This document shows positions 1 to 14,700 of a stretch of 64,000 nt of DNA, in pieces. The position numbers and the translations under genes were made by a program. How positions within the stretch are numbered: the stretch's first letter is position 1; each line of letters opens with the position of its first letter. Location: contig OZ024746.1 in the NCBI GenBank assembly GCA_964016885.1, positions 558,001 through 622,000 of the forward strand, given 5' to 3'. The notes beneath the pieces are model-generated. The model saw only the letters and a list, made by a program, of their open reading frames with translations. It searched no databases and was not told the origin of the DNA. This DNA is from Eledone cirrhosa (taxonomy: Eukaryota).

Positions 1-109
1 TGATCTGGCTTGTCTCACAGTGGGACAACTCATCAAATTCGTGCTAGCGTGGAAAAATGGATGTTAAACGACGGAATTTCATCAGAGAAACTCAAGGGAC
101 ATAACTTGG

Positions 110-690
110 TGCTGCAGATAATTTTCTTCAACCTTCTTTGCATAATAACTAAAATAAGGATTGGATGGTTTAGTAAGCTATTCACACTGTTGACAAAAGG
201 TTTCTCCCTACGTCCAAAAGGACAATCGCATGATGCCTGTGTGTGAAGTGCAATGCTGCATGGTAGTGAAACATGGGCAGTGACTGCAGAAGAGATGTGT
301 AAACTGGAGAGAAATGAAGCAGTCATGCTTTATTGGATATGCAATGTAAATGTGAGAAAAAGGCAGAGTTGGGATGAACTAAGGGGGAAGCTGGGTTTAA
401 GAGGAATCTGAGGTGATGTACAGAAGAGAAGACTGTGTTGGTACAGACATGTGATACATATGGATGATGATTGTTGGGTGAAGAGATGCCAGGAAATGCC
501 AGTGGAGCGAAGTTGCAGTAGAGGTAGACCAAAAACGACCTGGGCAGAGGTGGTGAGAGCTGATCTCAAAACACTGAGACTCACAGAGATGACAAAGAAA
601 CGTAGTGTGTGGAGAGATGCTGTGCTGAGAAGGACCTGTCTAACTCATGCAAGTGTGGAGTAACAGGCGTAAAAACAACGATGATGATGA
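110..690 (+). mobile_element. RTE-clade LINE 3' fragment (degenerate) with (GAT)n tail
   Basis: Translates to ..[29 protein letters not shown].., homologous to the 25170-26640 copy. Confidence 0.85.
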
Positions 691-1214
691 TTGTTGGAGT
701 TCATTGTTATGCCCCCCCCACCTGTATTGCCTCAATTTCTCTCATTAACCACATTACAAAATGTACTGGGTATATTTTATCATGGCATCAACACTAGATG
801 GGGTTGTCATGTCCTTGTCAACTAAAGTGACCTCTCTACACTGTCAACTAAGGTGACCTCTACATTGTGTTGTCAACTAAGGTGACCTCTCTACACTGTG
901 TTGTCTCTGTTCAGTTGTCAACCACTTTACAGAGTGTAGTGGGTGTATTATCTTAGTGACAGTAATCCTAAAAATATTGCCATGACTTCAACAATACTAA
1001 AATGTTCTCTTTATCCTTCATTGTCAACCACTTTGGTGAATATGATTGACAGAATGTCTCCATGTAAACTAGGAAACTTCCAAAAAAAGCAAGAAAATAC
1101 AAACTGCAGATCGTTTATTTCACAACCATGTTTGACTTCCCTTAGTTTATAGAAAAATGTTTAACGCCTTTTAATACCAATTCTTGGTCTAGGAAAGATA
1201 GCAGTTTATTTTAT

Positions 1215-1432
1215 CATCCTCATCATCATCATTCTACGTCCGCTTTTCCCTGCTTGCAAGGGTGAGATGGGTCTTATTCAGCACAGCATCTCTCCACTTG
1301 TCACGGTCCTTCGTCATCTCCTCCATGAGCTTCAGCAATCTGAAGTCTGCTCTCACCACCTCCGCCCATGTTTTTCGTGGTCTTCCTTCTACTGGGATTT
1401 CTTGGCACTTCTTTACTCAGCGGTCATCCGCT
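1215..1432 (-). mobile_element. RTE LINE 3'-terminal fragment
   Basis: Close match to 25172-25400, including the (CAT)n tail. Confidence 0.85.
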
Positions 1433-1444
1433 ATATTTATCTAA

Positions 1445-1825
1445 AACCATTCTTCCTCTTTGACCACTTATTCTTGAGAGGATCATGGGGCCAGAGTCCT
1501 TAAACACTCCTTCCAGTGAGCCCTGTCAGTAGCAATCATCTCCAACTGATCTGGCTGGATCCTCAAGCGAGACGAGCCAAGCTCATGGATGTTATCTGAA
1601 CATCTTCCTTGGAGTCTACCACTGGGTCTCCTGTCAGTTGGTTTTTGCCCGTAAAATCTGTCCAGTGATTCTTTCCCAAGACATTCTAACCACATGCCCA
1701 TAGTATCGGAACTGTGATCTCTTAATTTGGGGATGTAATGCTACCTGAAGTGACTCTTTGATCTTTGAACTTTGCACCCTATCAAGTAACATTACTCCCA
1801 AAACCTATTTCAGCCGCTTGTATTC
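1445..1825 (-). mobile_element. Second RTE-type LINE family, 3' fragment (other copies ~6175-6580 +, 13655-13790 +, 15080-15520 -, 18345-18760 -, 30800-30975 -, 33820-34395 +)
   Basis: Copies share degenerate [37 protein letters not shown]..RRPxGRP..W and a GAAGAAG-type 3' end. Confidence 0.8.
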
Positions 1826-2021
1826 CATCATAATTTTATGTAAGAATCTTTGTTAAGTTAAGCTCTAAACACCAGGTAAATAGTGAAAAAAAATTCATTA
1901 TATTACTAAATCCCTTCAAATTCTTGATTATTTCTAAAATTATTTGAAAATCATCTACAGTATTTTCCATTAAAAATGTGGTAAGAAACTAGTTAAAACA
2001 AGAAATCTAAATTATACTAAC

Positions 2022-5000
2022 ATCTTTTTCCATGATGGTACATTCTTTGCAATAATAAGCATCAGATACACCTGGTCCTCCACAAATGACACAACGTCCT
2101 TGATATGAACCATAATTGCATTCATCACAGATACGCACCAATGTGCACGGCCGGACATACGAATCACAGATCACACATTTACCATCACCTTCAATACAAA
2201 GAGAAAATAGCTTTTAACATAAAAAATTTACAGAAATTTAGCTTTTAATAAAAAACAATGTTTCTTCAAAATATCATCATCATTTTACATCATTTCTAAT
2301 TTAGACACAAGGCTATTTAAAAAATTAATAAGTGGGGAGGGAGAGGGTGATTATTCAAAACTCAAGAGTATGTAATGTTCCACATACTACAAAAGTCTCA
2401 TAAAATCATTCCCTTAACTCTCAGAGACAATTCCTCACTTGCCAACAGTGGTAACAATTCCCTGAACATCTTCCATCCTGTCCTTACACTGACCACTCTA
2501 CAACCAAAAACCTGGGCCAAATTCTTGCAACAGGTTGACTATAGAAGCCCAAATGTCATGTAGTCATATTTGTTAAACCAGGTGGTAGATTAAGCCTAAG
2601 TTTCACTCACAAAGCCAGAGTAAGGATCCATGGTCTTATAAAGGACATAGAGACCCCTTCCCTCATTACAGGAGCAAATACCCACGTAGTTAGCCATCAT
2701 CATCATCACTGTTTAACATCCATTTTTCATGCTAGCATGGGATAGATGAGTTGTCTCATTGTGAAACAAGCTAGGTCAGATGACCGCATCTTGCTCATAC
2801 AGAACTGATTTTGGCTTGGTTTCTACGGCTGGATGTCCTTCCTAACACAACCACTTTACAGTGTAGGTTGGGTGTTTTGTGTTGTGACACCAACACAACC
2901 ACTTTTCAGTGTAGGTTGGGTGTTTTGTGTTGTGACACCAACACAACCACTTTTCAGTGTAGGTTGGGTGTTTTGTGTTGTGACACCAACACAACCACTT
3001 TTCAGTGTAGGTTGGGTGTTTTGTGTTGTGACACCAACACAACCACTTTACAGTGTAGGTTGGGTGCTTTGTGTTGTGACACCTACTCAACCACTTTACA
3101 GTGTAGACTGGGTGTTTTGTGTTGTGACACCAACACAACCACTTTTCAGTGTAGGTTAGGTCTTTTGTGTTGTGACACCAACACAACCACTTTACAGTGT
3201 AGACTGGGTGTTTTGTGTTGTGACACCAACACAACCACTTTACAGTGTAGACTGGGTGTTTTGTGTTGTGACACCTACACAACCACTTTACAGTGTAGAC
3301 TGGGTATTTTGTGTTGTGACACCTACACAACCACTTTACAGTGTAGACTGGGTGTTTTGTGTTGTGACACCAACACAACCACTTTACAGTATGGACTGTG
3401 GACTTTGGTTTATTCTAATTAAAATTCTCAAAATCCTCCATGGTTTCAAATAATTAAAATTATTTTGAATTACTTACATTTTTCACAAAGTCTTCCAATA
3501 GCTGAAAAAAGGAAAAGACAGAATTAAATTACCATTTTTTGTGTTGAATTTAGATTTGAGTTTTAAACATACAACACTCAAATGGAACTTTAAACAACAG
3601 AATTAAGCATCTGAAAAAAATGTGTTGCAGAATTTGATGAGGACTTTTCCTAAATTTGTAGTAAAAGAGTGATAAATCTTTGTTTTAAAAGCCGGTACAA
3701 TGCAGTAGAAAAATATGAAGGGGAAATAATGACAAACAAAACAAAGTAATGTTTTACCCAGTGTATTTTAGCGTGATATTTCAGGGTTATTACCCTCTTT
3801 TCAGATGTGAAGCTGAAACAGTTTAAGACAAAACAAACGAGCGATCAGAGTTTGCTGCCCTAACTGGTCAATGTATTTGAAAAATGCATGCCCAATCATC
3901 TCCAGGTCTGAATACATCAGATTTCTTCCACAGATGGATATAGATAGCGAGAGAGGAAGTGAGAAAGAGATATAGTGGAAGAATCGACCCCAGTACTTGA
4001 CTGGTACTTTTTTTTATCAAACTGAAATGGATGAGAGTCAAAGTTGACTGAGAGCAGAGAGCTGAAACGAATATCAAAAAGCATTCTATCTGACTGCCAA
4101 CGAAGTTGTTCCCTACACCAGGAATTACCATCTTCAAAAAAGGAAGGGCACCCCTTCCCTTTTTCTTTTCTTCTTTTAAGACTGCAGGATTTTATTTGGC
4201 TGTTATTTCTAGCGAGTTAAGCGATCACATAGAAGCTACTTAGTTGTCAGTTGCAACCAAGGCAATGGCAATTCTATATTCTTTCTGATTCTCTCTCTCT
4301 ATTTATCTACCTGTATATATATATTTCTCTATCTTTTTCTCTTTCCCACTAATTTCCTGGGATTTCACATCCGTCCAGGAATTATGTTCAAATATTCAAA
4401 TTTTGAAGTGTTTTAGAAGATTTAGCGGAATGAATTATAATGTAGAAATTGTATTTTTAAAACGAATCCAATATTTTTGGCTCCATAAACTGACTTTTCA
4501 ACAACTTTCTGGAATCATATATTTGATTCGTGTAAATACAACTCCAAACTTTATAAAAAAAAATAAAAGATTTATTTAGGCGAGGATGGCCCACCTTACT
4601 GAATTTACTTTCAGTTTCTATGAGGCGAAGGAAATGAAAAAGCGCCCAAACTTTAGCTACATGTTTGTAAATATTCTAGGAAACAGCTGCTTACCAAAGG
4701 TCCTTTGTTTCCTGTAACCAACAAACCACTTTATATTGGTTGTATAAAATAAGATAAAGAAGACCTTTATATTTTCAATGTAGTTTAAGTATCTAACAGA
4801 TGTTATAAGGAATTAGAGTTAATTATCCATTTGTAATTTTAAAATAAACAATTCAAGTTGATTTGAGGAAGGTTTCGTCTTAACACTGGTGGCATTTTTT
4901 CATTAAGCTGGTAACTTATTTGGGCAAATATGAGAAATAGAAAGGTTTATACTGAAAACTATGCATCCACAGAGAAATTATTGTGCAATAAATTACATTT

Positions 5001-5264
5001 AGATCAGTATTCAATGCTATATATAAAGAGAATCATAAATAGACATTTAATGTTACATTTAAACAAATCTTGTCCCATTTTATCCCAGTCTCCAGACATC
5101 GCCAATCATTCTTTATATACATTTTCACAGATCAATAAATTATCATAATCAATCGCTTGCGATATTTACTAGAGTTTGTGGTTAATTAATAAATCTGTGG
5201 AGTATTACTTACCAACTCCTGGTTGTTTTCGGCAAAAAATTAAATCTGGATGATGTTTGGCCAT
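2022..5264 (-). CDS. PHF5A: PHD finger-like domain-containing protein 5A (SF3b14b/Rds3, U2 snRNP SF3b subunit), partial: coding exons 1-3
   Basis: Exons 5264-5213 ([17 protein letters not shown]), 3501-3478 (AIGRLCEK) and 2188-2022 ([56 protein letters not shown]). All junctions are GT-AG with matching phases; near-identical to the highly conserved PHF5A protein. The last exon (RDGCPKIVNLG...) was not found in 1-2021 and presumably lies left of the window. Confidence 0.96.
2843..3392. repeat. 48-bp minisatellite (~11.5 copies) inside an RTE 3'-UTR-derived element (2696-3400)
   Basis: Unit caacacaaccactttacagtgtagactgggtgttttgtgttgtgacac, head-to-tail with no spacers; preceded by a (CAT)n tail and the ggctggatgtccttcctaaca motif. 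Confidence 0.92.
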
Positions 5265-5745
5265 GAGGCTGAAAGGCGAGTTGTGAACACTACCAACATA
5301 AAAAAAACTGTTGACGCACCTGAAACGGAAAGAAACAAAAATATAAACAACAAAATCCGTTCAAATAATATTTTGCAAAAGGTTTTTGGTTATTAACTTT
5401 ACTTCGTTAATAATCATGATTTTACTTTCTGTATAATATAATTTTAAATTCATTTAAAACAATTAATTTTTGTATTTTTTTCTCTAATTTAAAAAAAACT
5501 TACATGAAATCGTTTATATTGTTATAATGTTAATGATAAATGAATAAAAAAAAAACTACATCGAATATATTATCAGCGTAAAATAATGTTAAAACGTTAA
5601 AATGATAACTTAAAATAATTAATTAAATTAACGTTAAAATAAATAATTGAAATTGTTTGAGTGTTCGTCTTTCGTTTTTACAATCCTAGTTTTAGGAACA
5701 ATATTGAATAAACTTCCGACATTTGGTTTAGTAAAGTTTAGTGAA
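5265..5745. promoter_or_regulatory. Bidirectional promoter/5' UTR interval between PHF5A and DDX47
   Basis: The divergent ATGs (5264 minus, 5746 plus) are 481 bp apart. The interval is free of recognisable repeats and carries ETS-like CGGAA (5326) and ACTTCCG (5712-5718) motifs. Confidence 0.7.
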
Positions 5746-8700
5746 ATGGCATCGTCTAAAGAAGAAAAACCAGATCCAGGGGGAAATGAAACAATGGCAA
5801 CACTGGATGAAAATGAAGAGGTCACGTTCAGTTCTCTGGTAATATAAATTGATAAATTACTTGATTTTATTTGTCAGTTTATTAATACAATAATAATATA
5901 AGCACGTGTCATAATAGCTATTAAGTGCTCCATCCTGGCCTTAGTTACGATGGATAAAACAAACTTAAAGAACATCTTTTTACGATATTTCTCTCACTAT
6001 AGTATTTAATATTTTTATTTCTTTTCTGTTTAATTTGAAATTAAAATTATATGACATCAGTTCTAGATTTTTGTTTTTGTTAGTAGTGAATTATAAACGT
6101 GTGTTAGATTATATATAATCCATCATGTAGGTATGGCTACTTATTGTAGGGATTAAATACTTTGATTTAAACCTTTACCTATAGTCATGAATCGTGGGTA
6201 ATGACAGAAAGAATACGATTGCGAAAACAAGCGGCCGAAATGGGGTTCCTCTGAAGGGTCTTTGGAGTAATGTTACTTGATAGAGAGTGTGTAGCTCCTG
6301 GTAGAGCTGCTACTTCTCCATATTGAGAGATCATGGCTCTGATATTACAGACATGTAGTTGGAATGTCTCAGGAAAGAATCGCTGGACAGATTTTACAGG
6401 CAACACCAAATGGAAAGAGATCCAGTGGTAGACCCCAAGCAAGATGGTTGGATAACATTTATGAGCTTGGCTGGGGATCCCGCTGGATTAGTTGGAGACG
6501 ATTGTTAATGACAAGGACCCGTTGGAAGGAATGTTTGAGGACTCTGACCCCATGACCCTCTCAGGAATAAGTGAGCAAAGATGTGTTAGACTGTATATAA
6601 TTCATTGAGTAGGTATAATTACCTAAAGTGATCGACCCTTCCCCCTTTTTTTTTTCATTATTTATATAATTAATTATGAAAACTTAAATAATTTCCAGGG
6701 TGTAGTTGATGTACTGTGTGAAGCATGTGAACTTCTAAAATGGAAACAACCGACTAAGATACAGAAAGAATCTATACCTGTCGCATTAAAAGGTAATATT
6801 CTGGCAGTTTTTATTTTAATTACAACATATCTTCAAAATAAGGCTTGGGGCCCATCCACCTGTAACAACAATCAAGCTCACATTTTCATAACAAAATTAC
6901 TGCACAATTATTTCACTTCAACTGGTCAAAATTCCTCCAAGAAATCACAGATGAACCTCCTATTCTTGGATATGTCTCCGAAAACAATAACTCTTTACTT
7001 GGGTGGGCCAGTGTGCCCAAATCCTTATTTGAAAGACTTTACCAGGTGGTGCTACTAAGTTAGACATAGCCTGGGCCAATACTGGCCGAAATCTATCAAA
7101 GTTACTTAAAGCTCGATGTTTAACTTTAGCTATGATGATGATGATGTATCTCCTGTCTGTGTTGACAATGGACATTCAGTTGTTTGATGAACTGAATATC
7201 CCATGTTTGTGTATTCTACAGACTCTAAGCTGAGTCAGCATGACATCATATATGATAACGCTAGACACTTTGATTATCGTTCATCTTTGTGGCTTTTTGT
7301 CATGGCACCAGCACAACCACCTTACATGGTGGACTGGGTACCTTTTATTGTGGCACCAGCACTCTGGGATAGCAAGTGGCATGTCATGGAGGTGAAGAGA
7401 CTTTCTATTTGTTAAAAGCTAAATACCTATGATACCGTCTAACCCATGCTAGCGTGGAAGATGGACGTTAAACGATGATGGTGATGATGACGATGATCAA
7501 AACATGCTGAATATTGTAGCTGAACAAGTTATAGGTGAAGATCTATCAACAAGATCCCAGACCTAATTTGCTTACCAAATAATGTTTCCGTTGGTCTTTC
7601 CATTTCTGATACTATCTACCAGTTTTAACTCCTGGCAGAAAGAGCAACATGATTGCTCAAGGACATAATGCATCGGCCAGTCTGGGAATCAAACTTGTAA
7701 CCTCACTATTGCGAACCCAATTCTCTAACCACTAAGCCACATACCTCACTGAACAAGTAAACATGTGATTATTTAACAAAATTTTTAAATTTGTTATTCA
7801 TTAATAAATATACATTAATTTCTTTGATCCTTTTAGGAAATGATATCATTGGTTTGGCAGAAACTGGATCTGGAAAAACCGGAGCATTCACGATACCGAT
7901 GCTTCAAGCTCTCCTGGAAAATCCTCAACGACTATTTGGTTTAATCCTTACTCCAACACGAGAATTAGCTTTCCAGATATCAGAACAAATTGAAGCTTTA
8001 GGAGCTGCTATTAGCATCAAATGTGGTAAGATATGTTAGATATAGTTGGTTGCCATTAAGAGACTTCAGGCATCCTCAGACCCTGTACAGTCACTGGTCA
8101 GTGTCTGGAAATTCCTTTGTGGTTTTGTCTGTGGGGCGCAGTCAAAACACCACCCCAACCCAGATCTGCTCTTCTTTACTCCTTTCCCTCTTTTTTTTAG
8201 TTAATTTTGTTTTTATCCTTTTTTAATATTTTCCATCATTATACTGAAAAGTGGACGTGTAGGTGCCACGGCAAAAAAGCACCCAGGACTCACTGTAAAT
8301 GAGGTTGGTGTTAGGAAGGGCATCCAGCTGTAGAAATCAAGCCAGAATCAGTTCCCGTCCCACCCTTGCAAGCAGGGAAAAGCGGACGTAAAATGAAATG
8401 ATGATGATGATATGACTTTTGTTGGATTGGCAGTATCCGTAGAGAGTCGGACACCATGCTTTGAAGCATAGAGTTACGTTCCTTTATGATCTGAGTTCAA
8501 ATCCCGCCAAGGTTAACTTTGCCTTTCATCCTTACGGGGTCGATAAAATAAAGTACCAGTAATGTACTGGGTAATTGCTGGCCTTGTGCCTAAAATAGAA
8601 ACAATTATATGACTTTTGTTTGTAAAATATAGTTGATCCTGAAAATATAATGAAAACTTTGTCATTAGCAAAAGTAGTTTCTAAAAATTTATTTCCCAAA

Positions 8701-11700
8701 CTAAGTTTCTCTTTATAATAAGAAATAATTAATATTTTCTGTTTTGTTTAAATTTTGAAACTTTTGTTTAGTAAAAGATGCCCTTCTTGATGTCAACCCA
8801 GTTCTTATAACTGACAATAAACCACAACAGGACATATTGTTTATTGGGAATATAAAGAAACATTACTGTTGGTTTTTTTAAAACAGGGTCAATGTGACGT
8901 TTGCAGTGGTTGATACAGACACACACATAAATATACATATATATATTATCATCATCATTTTACGTCCACTTTTCCCTGCTTGCAAGGGTGGGACGGGAAC
9001 TGATTCTGGCTTGATTTCTACAGCTGGATGCCCTTCCTAACACCAACCTCATTTACAGTGAATGCTGGGTGCTTTTTTTCCGTGGCGCCTACACGCCCAC
9101 TTTTACAGTGTGGGCTGGGTGCTTTTTTGCCGTGGCACCTCCACGGCCACTTTGCAGTGGAATGATAGGGACCCCAGTCCTATCATCTCATTTCTACAGC
9201 TGAGTAAACTGGAGCAATGTGAAATAAAGTGTCTTGCTCAAGGAAACATTTCGATTGCAAGGCCAATGCTCTAACCACTAAGCCATGTGCCTCAATATAT
9301 ATATATATATATATAGCAAAGGTAAAAATATATACAGATCTCAAATGTATGTAGGGAATTATGTATGATAGTATATAATTGCCACATAGCTTCAGAATTA
9401 GCTGAATGTGTTTTATTGGTTTTTAAGGAGAAAAAGTTGGAAAGGCAGACATAAACACAGCAATTACCCATGCTAGTGTGAAAATCATCATCATCATCGA
9501 TTAACGTCTATCTTCACGCTTGGGTTAGACGTGAAAATGGACGTTAAATGACTAAACAATGAATAGGTGAAAAAATGAGCTTTTAAATCATTTTTAATTC
9601 CTTTACACATCTTCAGAGGATTCATCATCATCATCATCATCGTTTTACGTCCGTTTTTCCACGCTAGCATGTCTTGCTCATACGGGAACTGATTCTGGCT
9701 TGATTTCTACAGCTGGATGCCCTTCCTAACACCAACCTCATTTACAGTGAGTGCTGGGTGCTTTTTTTTCGTGGCGCCTACACGTTCACTTTACAGTGTG
9801 GGCTGGGTGAACATATTAAGTTGAAGCAGACTATATCCAAAATTTAATTCCCACCTTACACAGGATGGGGACATCTACATTTTACATAGGATGCTTATAT
9901 GTTTTTTTAATCCACCGAAGATGGAGAAGAGCAAATACCTCTATATCATTTTGTATGTATAGATATTGATTATCCAAATTTTTACCTGACATTATTTGAA
10001 TGATTTGATGTAAAACTCTCTTGAAACTTTTGTAAGGAATTAAAAATGATTTAAAATATAATTTTTCTATCCATATATTTGAATATATATATATAGTCTT
10101 TATTTAAATTATTCATTAATTAATTAGAAGTGAGGTGTTTGTATCCAATCCAATCCAGAGCCTTCTCACTCATGTTGGAGAAACCCCTCCTCTCTGGACA
10201 ACCTTCCTCACTTTCTGTTTGGTTTTGATCATGTCTTCGGGGGTGTAGCCCGACTCACCACATTTGGCCAGTTGTGGGTTAATAAGGTTATTTAACCCAT
10301 AGTTGATGTGGTGACTCTGAGGAGACACAAAACATCACTGACTGCATAACATAAAAAATTACAGTCTTTACTCTAATACTGCAAATGTTCAAAACTATCT
10401 GCCCACTAGTAAATACACTATAAACATTTGAATTAACAAACCTGCTTTTAGATATTTTCTGTTAAATTATTACATGATGTTAAAAGTTAAATGCTTCGTT
10501 GTAAGAAACTAAAGCCAAGTATTTGTGTCTTTTCAGCTGTAATAGTTGGAGGGGTTGATATGATGACCCAAGCTTTAGTTTTAGCCAAAAAACCTCACAT
10601 AGTTGTTGGTAAGTTGGTTTCTTGTTATTTCACAGTTGAATTGCTGTGAGTTTTCATGGTTAATTTAAGTTTATCAATCTATACAAATACTTAGACCAGA
10701 GGTGGAGAACGTTTTCATGTTGAAAGGCCAGATTAAGTTACTTAAAATATAATGAAGCCACATTAAGTTGTGATATAATAAGGCTGCATTAAGTTGATAT
10801 AATAAGGCTACATTAAGTTGTGATATAATAAGGCTAAATTAAGTTGTAATATGATAAGGCTACATTAAGTTATGATATAAAAAGGCCACCTTAAGTTGTG
10901 ATATAATAAGGCCACATTAAGTTGTAATATAATAAAGCTACATTAAGTTGTGATATAAGGCTACATTAAGTTGTAATATAATAAGGCCACATTAAGTTGA
11001 TATAATAAGGCTACATTAAGTTGTGATATAATAAAGCCACATTAAGTTATAATATAATAAGGGTACATTAAGTTGTAATATAATAAGGCTACATTAAATT
11101 GTGATATAATAAGGGTACATTAAGTTGATATAATGAGGCTACATTAAGTTGTGATATAATAAGGCTACATTAAGTTGTGATATAATGAGGCTACATTAAG
11201 TTGTGATATAATAAAGCCACATTAAGTTATAATATAATAAGACCACATTAAGTTGTAATATAATAAGGCTACATTAAGTTGTGATATAATAAGGGTACAT
11301 TAAGTTGATATAATGAGGCTACATTAAGTTGTGATATAATAAGGCTACATTAAGTTGTGATATAATGAGGCTACATTAAGTTGTGATATAATAAAGCCAC
11401 ATTAAGTTATAATATAATAAGGCTACATTAAGTTGTAATATAATATAATAAGGGTACATTAAGTTGTGATATAATAAGACCACATTAAGTTGTAATATAA
11501 TAAGGCTACATTAAGTTGTGATATAATAAGACCACATTAAGTTGTGATATAATAAGGCTACATTAATTTCTGATATAATAAGGCTACATTAATTTCTGAT
11601 GTAATAAGGCTACATTAATTTCTGATATAATAAGGCTACATTAAGTTGTAATATAATAAGGCTACATTAAGTTGTAATAAAATAAGGCTACATTAAGTTG

Positions 11701-14700
11701 TAATATAATAAGGCTACATTAAGTTGTAATATAATAAGGCTACATTAAGTTGTAATATAATAAGGCCACATTAAGTTGTAATATAATAAGGCTACATTAA
11801 GTTGTAATATAATAAGGCTACATTAAGTTGTAATATAATAAGGCTACATTAAGTTGTAATATAATAAGGCTACATTAAGTTGTAATATAATAAGGCCACA
11901 TTAAGTTGTAATATAATAAGGCTACATTAAGTTGTAATATAATAAGGCTACATTAAGTTGTAATATAATAAGGCTACATTAAGTTGTAATGTAATAAGGC
12001 CACATTAAGTTGTGATATAATAAGGCTACATTAAGTTGTAATATAATAAGGCTACATTAAGTTGTGATATAATAAGGCTACATTAAGTTGTAATATAATA
12101 AGGCCACATTAAGTTGTAATATAATAAGGTCACATTAAGTTGTGATATAATAAGGCTACATTAAGTTGTGATATAATAAGGCTACATTAAGTTGTAATAT
12201 AATAAGGCCACATTAAGTTGTAATATAATAAGGCTACATTAAGTTGTAATATAATGAGGCTACATTAAGTTGTAATATAATAAGGCCACATTAAGTTGTA
12301 ATATAATAAGGTCACATTAAGTTGTAATATAATGAGGCTACATTAAGTTGTAATATAATAAGGCTACATTAAGTTGTAATATAATAAGGCCACATTAAGT
12401 TGTAATATAATAAGGTCACATTAAGTTGTAATATAATAAGGCCACATTAAGTTGTAATATAATAAGGTCACATTAAGTTGTAATATAATAAGGCTACATT
12501 AAGTTGTAATATAATAAGGCTACATTAAGTTGTAATATAATAAGGCCACATTAAGTTGTAATATAATAAGGTCACATTAAGTTGTGATATAATAAGGCTA
12601 CATTAAGTTGTAATATAATAAGGCCACATTAAGTTGTAATATAATAAGGTCACATTAAGTTGTAATATAATAAGGCCACATTAAGTTGTAATATAATAAG
12701 GTCACATTAAGTTGTAATATAATAAGGTCACATTAAGTTGTAATATAATAAGGCTACATTAAGTTGTGATATAATGAGGCTACATTAAGTTGTAATATAA
12801 TAAGGCTACATTAAGTTGTAATATAATAAGGCTACATTAAGTTGTAATATAATAAGGCCACATTAAGTTGTAATATAATAAGGTCACATTAAGTTGTAAT
12901 ATAATAAGGCTACATTAAGTTGTGATATAATAAGGCTACATTAAGTTGTAATATAATAAGGCTACATTAAGTTGTAATATAATAAGGCCACATTAAGTTG
13001 TAATATAATAAGGTCACATTAAGTTGTAATATAATAAGGCTACATTAAGTTGTAATATAATAAGGCCACATTAAAAAAAACCCTAATTATATATTCTTCA
13101 AATATATTAATACTAACGTATTAAATCCCTCCGGATTCTCATCCATATAAGGGACATTACTATTCTTTTGGAATGTAAATGCAAAAAAAAAAGCTAAATA
13201 TACTCAGATAAACTTTTTCTCTTTATTCAATTTATACATATTTTCAGCTACACCTGGTCGTTTAGTCGACCATTTTGAAAATACAAAAGGTTTCAACATG
13301 AAAGCTTTGAAATTTTTGGTGAGTACAACTATTTTTGTTTACTGCATGAAATCTGATGGTAAATTTCTCCAGTCTTCCCCCACTCTAAGCCCAGTCTTCC
13401 TCCACACTAACCCCAGTCTTCCCCAACTCTAACCCCAGTCTTCCCCCACACTAACCCCAGTCTTCCCCCACTCTAACCCTAGTCTTCCCCCACTCTAACC
13501 CCAGTCTTCCTCCACACTAACCCCAGTCTTCCCCCACTCTAACCCTAGTCTTCCCCCACACTAACCCCAGTCTTCCCCCACACTAACCCCAGTCTTCCCC
13601 CACACTAACCCCAGTCTTCCCCCACTCTAACCCCAGTCTTCCCCCATTCTTCCCAATATGGTTAGGATGCCTAAGAAAAGAATTTTACAGGAAAAGCCGA
13701 CTGGCAGGAGACGCAGGGCTAGACTTCAGCAAGATGTTGGTTAACACCCATCATCTCAATTGGTCTTGGTTGGAGATCCAGCAGACTGGGTACTTTTTAT
13801 TTATCTAAAAACCTTGCATCATAATTTTATGTAAGAACCCTTATGCTCCAAACACTAGCTTAATAATGTGAAATTTAGTTGTAGTACCTAAACTGCCCAT
13901 CACCAAATTCTTGATTATTTTCAAAATTATTTGAAAATTACAGGCAGTGTCTTTCATTAGAAATGCGTTAGTGGTTGGTGATAGGAAGGGCATCTAACCA
14001 TAGAAATCTTGCTAAACAAAGGATTGGGAGGACCCTTCAGTTGTGTCAAAGACATGACAACCTCCTCTGTACACTTAGTAGAATGTGAGACTGTATGTAA
14101 GCAAGATGACAGATCTCTAGTCTGTCTTGGAGGTCAGTAGCCACTGCTTCAGTCCTGACTTGGTCTATGTAGACCCATCCAACCATTGCGAAAGGGAACA
14201 TTGAAATGATAATGATTATGAAAGGGTTAAATAGTAATCTCTTTGACAGATTTATAAAAATATATTAATATTTTATTTCACAAAGATTATGGATGAAGCA
14301 GACAGGATTCTCAACATGGATTTTACAGATGATGTAAGTTTATTCAGTATTTTTTATTGATTTTGTCAAATACTTTGTCATAGATTCCTGAGTCATTGGG
14401 GTGACATTGGCTCTCTCCTGCATTGAAACTCGCTGGAACTCTTCCCGCTCCTAGTTTGAACACAACCATTTTCTTCCAGAGAAAGAAATAAGATGCAGTG
14501 TGTATTCTAGGAAACATCAGCTCTAGTATTGGACATTATTTATTGAGCCAAAAAGATGAAAGGCAAAGTAGTCATTGGCAGGTTTTGAAGTCAGTCATAG
14601 ACCAGTAGAAATACCACAAAACATTCTATCCAACATTTTAATGATTCTGTCAGTTTGTTGCCTTGATGTACAGTGTTGGTGTCACAATAAAGTACACCCA

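Noticed and set aside
1-2021. Final exon of PHF5A
   Set aside because: No RDGCPKIVNLG-coding sequence found on the minus strand; presumably outside the window.
2843-3392. CRISPR-like appearance of this and the 20068-21332, 40717-41822 and 59270-59505 arrays
   Set aside because: Units are head-to-tail with no unique spacers, there are no cas genes, and the context is eukaryotic introns and intergenic DNA.
13368-13650. Interstitial telomere array
   Set aside because: CTAACCC occurs only once per 22-bp unit; it is not a (TTAGGG)n tract.
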